In this document: positions 1 through 8,226 of the stretch, piece by piece | How the letters are laid out: every line of letters starts with the position of its first letter | How positions within the stretch are numbered: the first letter of the stretch is position 1 | Program-made: the position numbers and the translations under genes | The notes under the pieces: model-generated | What the model was told of the DNA's origin: nothing | Databases searched by the model: none | What the model saw: only the letters and a program-made list of their open reading frames with translations | NCBI GenBank assembly: GCA_964521215.1 | Contig: CAZFRD010000004.1 | Span: 241-64,240, forward strand | DNA from: an uncultured Pseudomonadales bacterium | GTDB taxonomy: Bacteria > Patescibacteriota > Microgenomatia > UBA1400 > PJMF01 | Reading direction: 5' to 3' | DNA: 64,000 nucleotides

Positions 1-581
1 TGCTGGCAAAAATCGCCGACAGAGGTGCATCTTTTGGTCAAGAGGATACCATTCCACCCCAAGTGCCAATCTTTAATGCTCCTCCCAGCGCCACTAACAA
101 CAAAGAATTTGAACTTTCTGGCTTTGCTGAAGCAAAAAGTCAGGTTTTTATTGTTCACAATGGCAATCAGATTGCAGACTTGACAGTAGGAGACGATGCG
201 ACATTCAAACAATTAATCGAACTTCAAGAAGGGGAAAATTACATCCAAGCATATTCAAAAGATAGTGCAGAAAATGAGTCAGTACTTTCTAAAGAATATG
301 TGGTCGTGCTCGACACCCAGAGTCCATCGCTAGTTTTGGCAGAAACAATTGAAGATGGCATGCAAATCATAGGGAAGGAAAACAAATCTCTTACTCTCTC
401 AGGAGTCACCGAGTCTAATGCTAAAGTGGCAATTAATGATCGCTTCTTATTTGCCCGAGCTGATGGCAGTTTCTCTTACCAAGTTCAACTGAGCGAGGGA
501 GAAAATTTAATCAAATTTGTCATTACCGACAAAGCCGAAAACAGTATTGAGCAAGAGCTTCATTTGCAGTACAAATTATAA
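1..581 (+). CDS. C-terminal fragment of a large secreted/surface protein with bacterial Ig-like beta-sandwich repeats (partial; N-terminus upstream of the window)
   Basis: The reading frame is open from position 3 with no upstream stop, so the GTG at 63 is only the ORF-track start. Repeated ~80-aa segments look like Ig-like/Big domains (e.g. 'VVVLDTQSP...GENLIKFVITDKAENS'). Stop at 579-581. Confidence 0.5.
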   Translation, partial: LAKIADRGASFGQEDTIPPQVPIFNAPPSATNNKEFELSGFAEAKSQVFIVHNGNQIADLTVGDDATFKQLIELQEGENYIQAYSKDSAENESVLSKEYVVVLDTQSPSLVLAETIEDGMQIIGKENKSLTLSGVTESNAKVAINDRFLFARADGSFSYQVQLSEGENLIKFVITDKAENSIEQELHLQYKL

Positions 582-1766
582 ATTTTTGTCGAAAAAGGTG
601 AAAAATTGTTTTCTAGTGGTCAAGATAATTAGTTGAAAGCCGCACAACATAAGTGTAAAGGGTTCAATGAGTGCGGCGTTGAATTGAGCGAAAAAGAGAA
701 AAGCCGTCAGCGGAACAAACATCGCTGGATATTTTATTAAGATTTTTTTGTAAGTTAAGAGCAAGTGCCACAAAAAAATCATCAAACCAGGAATGCCAGA
801 AAAAGCCAGCAGTATCATGACTAAGTTGTTTGGCATGCGAGCATGATATGCCAGTTCAGGCGTAGGAGATAACGCAAGTCCACTACCAAATATCAAGCGA
901 GCTGGCGATGTACTCAAGAGAGACCGATCGTGTTGTTGTCTGGCAGTTATTGATATACTTCTGGTCAAATTAACACCCTCCCCCCCTGGTTTGGGAGCCA
1001 AAGCAATGGTTGCAATTAACACCGCCAGACTAAACACCGCCAATTTTGTAGTTTTAGTTCGCCAAAAAGTCCAATGATGTTTTAACAAAAGTGGCGTTGT
1101 TATTAGCATTAGGCCAAAAATCAAAGCTAGCCAGCTGGAGCGAGAAAAAGTTAACCCAAGTAATGTTGAGAAGAAACCCAGTATGGAGTATTGAATTAAT
1201 GGTTTTTTTTGCAAGGAAAAACTAAACAGACCGGTTAAATTTAAAATCGAAATCACCAACACAATGCCAGTAAAGTTGGGATCCAGCAATGATCCCACTG
1301 CTCGGAAGTAGTGGTCATCCCAACCCAAAATTTTTAACAGTCTTAAGTCGGGAAAAAATAAGTATAAAGCGAGAGTGATTATGCCAAACAATCCTGCACT
1401 CATCCAGTAGAGCATGATCGTTTTCACATCCATTGAACGGAAATAACGAAAAAACCAGGACAAAAATAATAAGTAATATGTTGTGCGAAAAACATAGAGC
1501 AATAAAAGTAGCGACTCACCATAGAAGGCGATTTGAATGATGCAGGCCAGTAAAGTCCAGCCAATTAACCACAACCAATTAGATTTGAGTGAATGAAAAA
1601 TCTTCAATACTTGATTTCTCCCCTTGGCGCTTGTGAGCAAAAGTAGTCCAATAGCCAAAATGACGAAATCGTGCGGGAAAATCCCAACTCCACCCAGTGG
1701 TTCAAAGCGGAGTAGTTGGCCAAGTAGAGTGAGAGGCAGTAGGAGGATAACTAATATTTCTATCAC
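576..1766 (-). CDS. O-antigen ligase / Wzy-type polymerase family membrane protein
   Basis: About 10-12 predicted TM helices. Motif 'ELAYHARMPNNLVMILLAFSGIPGL' resembles the Wzy_C/WaaL signature (AYHAHNxxLqxLxExGxxG). Its start forms an ATGA overlap with the upstream GT2. Confidence 0.6.
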   Translation of the reverse strand: MIEILVILLLPLTLLGQLLRFEPLGGVGIFPHDFVILAIGLLLLTSAKGRNQVLKIFHSLKSNWLWLIGWTLLACIIQIAFYGESLLLLLYVFRTTYYLLFLSWFFRYFRSMDVKTIMLYWMSAGLFGIITLALYLFFPDLRLLKILGWDDHYFRAVGSLLDPNFTGIVLVISILNLTGLFSFSLQKKPLIQYSILGFFSTLLGLTFSRSSWLALIFGLMLITTPLLLKHHWTFWRTKTTKLAVFSLAVLIATIALAPKPGGEGVNLTRSISITARQQHDRSLLSTSPARLIFGSGLALSPTPELAYHARMPNNLVMILLAFSGIPGLMIFLWHLLLTYKKILIKYPAMFVPLTAFLFFAQFNAALIEPFTLMLCGFQLIILTTRKQFFTFFDKNL

Positions 1767-2524
1767 GGCATTTTTTTGCTTATCATTCTTTCTAATTGAA
1801 ATAACCGAACAAAGAATGAGTGATAGCTCATGAGGGTGGCATAAATCATGCCACGATAACCATCCAACATACCTCGAAGAAAAAACAAATTATATAACCA
1901 CTTGCCAAGTGGATAAGTAAGTAACTCTATTAATAAACGAACAGATGAGGTTGATCTCTGGTTTGCCTCTAGCTGGCTATACCATAATATTTTTGAAAAA
2001 AAACTACTGATAGAAGTATGAGGATGATGATCGATTTTGAGTAGTTTTGGATTTATGTCCCCCACTTCACCATCACAAATTGGTGTTTCATGAACAGATC
2101 CTGAATATTGGCAGTGGTGTTTATGGATGAGTCTAATTGGTTTGGCGTTGGCTGGTTCACCGTAGTGCAGGGTTTTGCCCAAAAAATGATCTAGTCGTTT
2201 GACCCGATAGGCAACCAGTTTTGGCTGTAAGAAAGTCGGTATCTGCTGTGGATCTGGGCACAAACAGACTTCGTCTGAATCAATAAATAATACCCAATCA
2301 TTTTTGGTTAAATTTAATACTTGATTTCTAGTCGAAGCAAAATCGGTCACAGGCGGTAGTCGTTTAATTGTGGCTGATGTTGTATTTGGTAACCGAATAC
2401 CATTTTTTCCAGACGTATCTGCCACAATGATTTCATCGGCAAAAAATACACTTTTAATTGCCGTTTGGAGTTGAGCGGAGGACTGTTGCGCTAGTATCAC
2501 TACGCTTAAAGGTATTTTTGACAT
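1763..2524 (-). CDS. Family 2 glycosyltransferase
   Basis: The N-terminus 'MSKIPLSVVILAQQSSAQLQTAIKSVFFADEIIVADTSGKNG', 'FIDSDE' (DxD-like) is typical GT2. The ORF-track start at 2794 would run 90 aa into the upstream flippase, so the true start is the internal Met at 2524. Confidence 0.75.
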   Translation of the reverse strand: MSKIPLSVVILAQQSSAQLQTAIKSVFFADEIIVADTSGKNGIRLPNTTSATIKRLPPVTDFASTRNQVLNLTKNDWVLFIDSDEVCLCPDPQQIPTFLQPKLVAYRVKRLDHFLGKTLHYGEPANAKPIRLIHKHHCQYSGSVHETPICDGEVGDINPKLLKIDHHPHTSISSFFSKILWYSQLEANQRSTSSVRLLIELLTYPLGKWLYNLFFLRGMLDGYRGMIYATLMSYHSFFVRLFQLERMISKKMP

Positions 2525-3795
2525 TATTGTTTTCTTTTTTTTGTGACAGCCCAAATTAAAATTGGTAGACCTACTAACCGTGCGACAACAACTGCCCAAG
2601 CAGCACCGAGCAAACCATATTGTTGGCTCAAAACCCAAGCAGATATTATTAAGACGACTGCTTGTAAAATCAGGTTTACAGTGATTCCCTGGTACTTTTT
2701 TGTTGCATATAAATAAGTGCTGAGCAATATAGCAAAAGAATGAAGTAAAGCAGCTAAGGCTAAGATGCCAATAATCGGAATAATAGCTAACCATTTTTCC
2801 CCCAAAGCAATTAGGACAAAGGGTCGTGCAAGAAGTGATAAGAAAATGAAGACTATAATTAACAAAGCACCAAAAAATAATGAGGATCTAAGTAACCCCC
2901 GTTTGAGACGAGCTTCATCCTCGCTTAACTTAGCGTAGGTGGGCAATAAGCCATAGCTAGCTGATTTTGCCGAGTCATAAAGGAGTTTGTGAGTGAGAGC
3001 ATAGCCATTGTGATAAAGACCAAGTGAATAGGCGCCCAAAGTTTTTCCCACAATAATATCATCGGCATTTTCCACAATGTACGAAAGCAATGCCTGAATG
3101 GTCAGCAATTTGGAATTGTGTAATATTTCTTTGGCACGATTGGGTTGAAAGTGACCAGAAGGTCGAGGGTGAAAGAAAATCATTGAAATTATTACTTCGA
3201 ATACAGCGGAGCTGATTAATGCCATTATTAAAGACCAAACACTTGGCCAAACCATCACAAAAAGCACGGCGAAACAAGCTTCGGCAAAATAACGAGCAAA
3301 TTGAAAAAAAACTTGAGTTGAAAACTGGAAATTTTTATGTAGCGCTCCAATTGTAGGATTAATAAAGCCTTTGATTAATGGTACGGTGGCGGTGAGCATG
3401 ATTAGGAGGGTCAACTCTGGATGATGGTAAATTAAGGCAAATATACTGCTCGAGACGATCATCAATAAGCTAATAATTGCACCTCGAATAATGGAAATGA
3501 TCCAGGCAGAGTCGACAAAATATGCCATTGGTTGTTTGGATTGGATGATCGTCAAGTTAATACCGGTTTCGGTGGTCGCCTCAAGCATGCCTAAAGAAAT
3601 CAGGACGATTGCAAAAGTACCAAAATCTTGAGGCGAAAGTAGCCTGGCGAGAAAAAAAATGCGACCAAATCCCACGCCGACGACCGCCACTCTGAGGGCA
3701 GTTTGCCAGCTAAATCCCGAAAATACTCGACCAGAGTAACCCATGCTCACTATTATAGCCTCTCCATAGAGTTTGCGGGTTGCAAGAATTAGCAA
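2524..3795 (-). CDS. Polysaccharide/oligosaccharide flippase (Wzx/MOP superfamily)
   Basis: 423 aa with about 12 TM helices and the N-terminal pattern of polysaccharide biosynthesis (PST) family proteins. Co-operonic with a GT2 and a Wzy-like gene. Confidence 0.7.
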   Translation of the reverse strand: MLILATRKLYGEAIIVSMGYSGRVFSGFSWQTALRVAVVGVGFGRIFFLARLLSPQDFGTFAIVLISLGMLEATTETGINLTIIQSKQPMAYFVDSAWIISIIRGAIISLLMIVSSSIFALIYHHPELTLLIMLTATVPLIKGFINPTIGALHKNFQFSTQVFFQFARYFAEACFAVLFVMVWPSVWSLIMALISSAVFEVIISMIFFHPRPSGHFQPNRAKEILHNSKLLTIQALLSYIVENADDIIVGKTLGAYSLGLYHNGYALTHKLLYDSAKSASYGLLPTYAKLSEDEARLKRGLLRSSLFFGALLIIVFIFLSLLARPFVLIALGEKWLAIIPIIGILALAALLHSFAILLSTYLYATKKYQGITVNLILQAVVLIISAWVLSQQYGLLGAAWAVVVARLVGLPILIWAVTKKRKQ

Positions 3796-3816
3796 AAAAA
3801 AGCATACTATGATGTT

Positions 3817-4395
3817 ATGTCGAGACTATTTGAATCTGTGGGCAGTTTAGTAGTGGATTTGACTGAGACCTTAGTGATCGGTTTCTCTCTTTTTGTGGTC
3901 GTTTATTTCTTTTTTATGCAACCGCATCAAGTGAATGGCCAGTCAATGGTGCCCAATTTTCAAAGTGGCGAATATGTGTTGACTGATAAAATTAGCTATC
4001 GTTTTCGTTCACCTGCTAGAGGCGAAGTAATTGTTTTTCATGCTCCACCCGAAGCGCATTGTCAGGAAGGGACCGGTTGTGATTTTATCAAAAGAATTAT
4101 TGGTGTGCCCGGCGACCAAGTAGAAGTGAAAGACAATAGTTATTACGTCAATAATAAAAAATTAGATGAGGTCTATATTCCCTCAAGTTATGCGACTTAT
4201 CCTGGTCAATATACCCGCGATAAGGTAATTACTTTAGACAAGAATGAGTACTTTGTCTCTGGAGATAATAGGCCATATTCAAGTGATTCCAGAGCTTGGG
4301 GTCCGATTACAACAAAGGAAATAGTGGGTCGGGCCTTCTTTGTTTATTGGCCACCACCAGCCATGGGCTTGATCAAAGAAGTTGTGTATCAGTGA
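3817..4395 (+). CDS. lepB: Signal peptidase I
   Basis: N-terminal TM helix. Catalytic Ser box 'GQSMVPNF', Lys box 'KRIIGVPGD' and the 'GDNRPYSSDSRAWGPI' box are classic SPase I motifs. Confidence 0.85.
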   Translation: MSRLFESVGSLVVDLTETLVIGFSLFVVVYFFFMQPHQVNGQSMVPNFQSGEYVLTDKISYRFRSPARGEVIVFHAPPEAHCQEGTGCDFIKRIIGVPGDQVEVKDNSYYVNNKKLDEVYIPSSYATYPGQYTRDKVITLDKNEYFVSGDNRPYSSDSRAWGPITTKEIVGRAFFVYWPPPAMGLIKEVVYQ

Positions 4396-5216
4396 GTTTG
4401 AACTAATTTTAATAGTTGCTCTAAATCTTTCTGCGTTTCTTCCAAGTTGCCTCGTAAAGTGACAGTTAGTCTTGTCTGGCGAGTTGAACGTGAGAGTTTA
4501 ACTTTTGGAGATGAATGTTGTAGAAAATCTTCAAATGATTTTTGCCAGCGAGTGAGTAAATCTGGATCGATGGGAACTCTCTTGCCTGGCGCGGTGGCTG
4601 TCTTTGCCTCGTGAGCCTGTTTGACTTGGCGGACTAACTCTTCCGCCCGTCTCACGCTCGCATTTTCTTTGAGCAAACGTTTGTAAACCTCAATCATCAG
4701 TTTTTTATCCTCAAGCCCAGCCAAGGCTCGAGCATGGCCTTCGGTGATTTGCTTGCCCACGACCCCATCCTTGATAGCATCTGGCAGATTGAGTAAACGC
4801 AGGGAGTTACTGATAAAGGCTTCTGATTTGCCGATTCTCGTAGCTAACTCGACGGCAGAATAACGAAAATCTCGTAAAAGCTGTTGAAAAGCTTTGGCGC
4901 GCTCAATGGCATTGAGGTTGATGCGTTGGACATTTTCAATCAGAGCCATTTCCAACATACCCTTGGGTGTAGTTTCACGAATAATAACTGGTACCTCAGA
5001 CAAATTAGCCAGTTGGGCTGCGCGCCAGCGTCGTTCTCCAGCAATTATTTGATAACCGGCGGGAGTGTGGGCAACCACAATTGGTTCTAGAATGCCGTAG
5101 GATGTGATTGATTTGGCTAGATCAGCCACTTCTTCTTCATGAATTTTACCTCTTGGTTGAAAGGGATTCGGTTGGAGCAAGCTGGTTTCGAGCAGTTGGT
5201 AAACGTCTTTTGACAT
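4389..5216 (-). CDS. parB: ParB/Spo0J family partition protein (start chosen at internal Met; the ORF track extends to 5255)
   Basis: 'ILEPIVVAHTPAGYQIIAGERRWRAAQLANLSEVPVIIRE' is the ParB box plus HTH. No parA is adjacent. It overlaps lepB convergently by 7 nt. Confidence 0.8.
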   Translation of the reverse strand: MSKDVYQLLETSLLQPNPFQPRGKIHEEEVADLAKSITSYGILEPIVVAHTPAGYQIIAGERRWRAAQLANLSEVPVIIRETTPKGMLEMALIENVQRINLNAIERAKAFQQLLRDFRYSAVELATRIGKSEAFISNSLRLLNLPDAIKDGVVGKQITEGHARALAGLEDKKLMIEVYKRLLKENASVRRAEELVRQVKQAHEAKTATAPGKRVPIDPDLLTRWQKSFEDFLQHSSPKVKLSRSTRQTRLTVTLRGNLEETQKDLEQLLKLVQTH

Positions 5217-5278
5217 GCAACTAGTATTACATAACTTAACAAGAAATGCATTCACGAAACGATCGAGCGAAAAGGCAA

Positions 5279-5530
5279 TTAAACCACGCTAACGGTGGTT
5301 TTGCCGTGATGTTTGCCAAAGGTGACCACACCATCGACTAGCGAAAATAAGGTGTAATCTTTACCCACGCCAACACCTTTGGCTGCTTGGTAAACACTAC
5401 CTCTTTGACGGACCAAAATATTGCCTGCAATCGCAGTTTGACCACCGCTTTTCTTCAGACCAAGACGAAGTCCTTTACGACTGCGTTGCGAATGTTGTGC
5501 TACTTTGCCTGATGCTTTAACGTGTGACAT
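5279..5530 (-). CDS. rpmA: 50S ribosomal protein L27
   Basis: '[31 protein letters not shown]...[11 protein letters not shown]' is a full-length L27 signature. Confidence 0.95.
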   Translation of the reverse strand: MSHVKASGKVAQHSQRSRKGLRLGLKKSGGQTAIAGNILVRQRGSVYQAAKGVGVGKDYTLFSLVDGVVTFGKHHGKTTVSVV

Positions 5531-5536
5531 ATTGTC

Positions 5537-6745
5537 TTATTTTTTTTGATACGTAAAGTGCCAAATTTCTCTTTGGACTACTGCTCCAGGTCGTGCATAT
5601 ACGACAGGATCAGACGCAGTAGTGTAGCCTATTGGCTCGAGAAAGTCAATTAATCGATGTAAATCATAAGTCTTTTGCTTGTATTCGCCAACTATTTGCC
5701 ATTTGGGGAAAATGCAAACCACTGTGGCATTGGGTTGGAGCCATGGCCTCCAGGCTTTAAACATGCCACGGTACAGTCGTTCGATGCCAGATTGAATATT
5801 GCTAATCTGTCTGATGTCTGGAGTGGGTTTACCCAGAAAGGGCTCAGTGATAATGTGCGAAACACTTGCCTCGGCAAACGGGGCCGAACTAATTTTGGTG
5901 GCATCGGTTTGAAACGCCTTCAAAATTTGTTTTTGGGCAAGCAAATGACCAAATTCCTGAGCAAACCACTGCCAATTACCTTCTGTTCCCTGAATCGATT
6001 CGGCATCAAGATCGCTGCCATAGACAGAGGGTATGCCGAGGAGCAAGCCTTCAAATAAAATAGTACCAGAACCACAAAATGGATCCCAAAGCGAGATGGC
6101 TTGCTGGCTATTATTCAGGTTAAAAATTGATTTGCCCAAACCAATGGCCACCATCATTCTTGCAACTTTGGGTGGTAGCAATCCCCGCTCGTGTTGGGCA
6201 AATGGTTTAGCTCTATCCTCAATTTGCCACTGGTCAATATTTTGTACCGCTATCATTTTTGCCATATAGGTTTGGGAATGAGTGCCGATGATGATTATCT
6301 CTTGTAGGTCGGACTCGTGCAGTAAAATAGCGGCAGATAAGCCAGATCTTGGACCGGTACGGTAACGGACAGATTTTCCCAGGCTGGCGAGCTGGTCTTT
6401 TATTACTTGTGGTTCAATTTTTGGTAGATGATCTCTCCCCCACTCAGCAAGAGCAAAATGAACTCTTTTGTCATCTTGATTTAAATAGTTGACGATCTCT
6501 GTGGTAATTGTCTCTATTTCGTTAACTGGCAACTCCATCACCACCTGAGCAATCTTCACGGTTCCCCCAAGTAAAGCCAATACTTGCTCGGCGGTTTTTT
6601 CTGGTGGCAGCGTGAGAGAGGTTGCCACTTGGTTGGAGTTGCGCTGGAGTTGGCAACTATCTGGAAAGGTGCGACTTAATTCCAGCCAGGAAAGCTCTGG
6701 AGTTGAACCGAGGAGATAAAAAAACTGGACAGCTGGTGAAGACAT
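5537..6745 (-). CDS. THUMP-domain class I SAM-dependent RNA (guanine-N2) methyltransferase, RlmL/Trm14-like (COG0116)
   Basis: Motif I 'DPFCGSGTILFEG' matches the UPF0020 RNA methylase family, and the N-terminal region is consistent with THUMP. It lies between rplU and rpmA. Confidence 0.6.
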   Translation of the reverse strand: MSSPAVQFFYLLGSTPELSWLELSRTFPDSCQLQRNSNQVATSLTLPPEKTAEQVLALLGGTVKIAQVVMELPVNEIETITTEIVNYLNQDDKRVHFALAEWGRDHLPKIEPQVIKDQLASLGKSVRYRTGPRSGLSAAILLHESDLQEIIIIGTHSQTYMAKMIAVQNIDQWQIEDRAKPFAQHERGLLPPKVARMMVAIGLGKSIFNLNNSQQAISLWDPFCGSGTILFEGLLLGIPSVYGSDLDAESIQGTEGNWQWFAQEFGHLLAQKQILKAFQTDATKISSAPFAEASVSHIITEPFLGKPTPDIRQISNIQSGIERLYRGMFKAWRPWLQPNATVVCIFPKWQIVGEYKQKTYDLHRLIDFLEPIGYTTASDPVVYARPGAVVQREIWHFTYQKK

Positions 6746-6756
6746 GAGAAGATACT

Positions 6757-7074
6757 TTACTTCGCCTCAATGCTCACAATTTTAATTTGAGTTAGATCCT
6801 GGCGATGGCCTCTAACTTTTCGGTATCTGGATTTTGCTTTGTATTTGGCTACGCGAATTTTTTCGCCTCTGAGATCTTTCACAAACTCGGCTTTAATTTT
6901 GGCTTGAGCAACCGTTGGGGTGCCAATGAGCGTCGCTTTATCTGTCACTAGTAGTAACACATCACTGATATCAACCGATTTTTTATCATCGGTCTCTAAG
7001 CGATCTATCTCAAGAATTGTGCCTGGTTCGACAATGAATTGTTTACCTTGAAGCTGGATGACTGCGTATGACAT
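6757..7074 (-). CDS. rplU: 50S ribosomal protein L21
   Basis: 'MSYAVIQLQGKQFIVEPGTILEIDRLE' is the L21 family N-terminus; 105 aa. Confidence 0.9.
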   Translation of the reverse strand: MSYAVIQLQGKQFIVEPGTILEIDRLETDDKKSVDISDVLLLVTDKATLIGTPTVAQAKIKAEFVKDLRGEKIRVAKYKAKSRYRKVRGHRQDLTQIKIVSIEAK

Positions 7075-7103
7075 AGGGGGGTATTATACGACGATATGCC
7101 ACG

Positions 7104-8183
7104 CTACACAATATGAAGGAGTGGATGTCTTTTTTCTTGTTGAGCGCAGTTTTGCGCCAAACCAAGAGCCAGCCCAAAAGTCAAAAAAGAGGTACCGCCA
7201 TATGAGAAAAAAGGCAATGTCATGCCCGTAACAGGAATCAAGCCTGTATTGGTTGAAATATTAATTACTGATTGAAAGAAAACGTAGCAGGCTACAAAAA
7301 ATACGAAGTATCGCTGTGGTTGTGACCGAATGCTGTAACTTTCTTTGAGCAAGTAGAGGCCAAGAAGTAGGTACAAGATCACCAAACTCGCCGAACCAAG
7401 AAAACCGAATTCTTCCGAAAAGGAGGCAAAAACAAAATCAGTATGTTTTTCTGGAAGAAACCTCAGCTGGGATTGGCTGCCTTCACCGAAGCCACTGCCG
7501 GACAAGCCACCGGCGCCAATCGCAATCAGCGATTGGCGCACATTATACGTTTCATTTTGACTCGCCTCTTGCGGTTGCAAAAAGGTAGTAATGCGTTGTC
7601 TTTGATATGGTTGGAGTAAAAACAACCAGGCAAAATAGCTAAGAAAAACTCCCGTTCCAAGTAGCGCTGCCACATGTTTGGTGGGCATACCAGCAAAGAA
7701 TATGAGTAAACTCATACAAAAAAGGAAAAATACAGCAGTGCCCAAATCTGGCTCAATCGCAATCAAGATAGTCGGAAGCGCAACTACGGCCAGTTGCTTG
7801 GTAGTCGTGACAATACTTTTTTGTTTACCCTTTTGGTAAAACCGATAAGTGAGACTACTCAGAGAAATACCCACTAAAACAAAGGCCAACTGGGATGGCT
7901 GTAGGCGAAAAGAGCCAACAACGGGGATCCAACGTGCGGTGCCACGAATTTTTGTGGGTAAGACTAGGGGTACGACTAATAACAGGCAGGCAATCACATA
8001 AATCTGCCAAGGTCGTTCAAAAATTTGCTGGACGGGTATGCGAGTGACAATAAAAAAAGCTAGTAAACCGAGGCAAATTGATAAAAAGTGTTTTGCAGTC
8101 AGTTCGGGCACCAATGAGTTGATAAATATCAGACTAATACCACTTAAAATCAGGATAATAGTGAGCAAAAACCAGCGATTCAT
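7104..8183 (-). CDS. SEDS-family peptidoglycan glycosyltransferase (RodA/FtsW paralog outside the dcw cluster)
   Basis: Multi-TM protein with 'GEGSQSQLRFLPEKHTDFVFASFSEEFGFLGS', the FtsW/RodA/SpoVE signature. Confidence 0.8.
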   Translation of the reverse strand: MNRWFLLTIILILSGISLIFINSLVPELTAKHFLSICLGLLAFFIVTRIPVQQIFERPWQIYVIACLLLVVPLVLPTKIRGTARWIPVVGSFRLQPSQLAFVLVGISLSSLTYRFYQKGKQKSIVTTTKQLAVVALPTILIAIEPDLGTAVFFLFCMSLLIFFAGMPTKHVAALLGTGVFLSYFAWLFLLQPYQRQRITTFLQPQEASQNETYNVRQSLIAIGAGGLSGSGFGEGSQSQLRFLPEKHTDFVFASFSEEFGFLGSASLVILYLLLGLYLLKESYSIRSQPQRYFVFFVACYVFFQSVINISTNTGLIPVTGMTLPFFSYGGTSFLTFGLALGLAQNCAQQEKRHPLLHIV

Positions 8184-8226
8184 TATAGGGAGTATACAAC
8201 GGCAGCCAACTTCTTGGCTTGATGAG

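Noticed and set aside
2524-2794. 90-aa N-terminal extension of the GT2 ORF (ORF track 1763..2794)
   Set aside because: The extension overlaps the 3' end of the Wzx flippase gene in another frame. A canonical GT2 N-terminus (MSKIPLSVVIL) starts at the internal Met at 2524, one nt past the flippase stop.
5675-6269. Plus-strand ORFs (127 and 78 aa) antisense within the THUMP methyltransferase gene
   Set aside because: They are fully contained in a well-supported minus-strand CDS and have low-complexity translations. Most likely chance frames.
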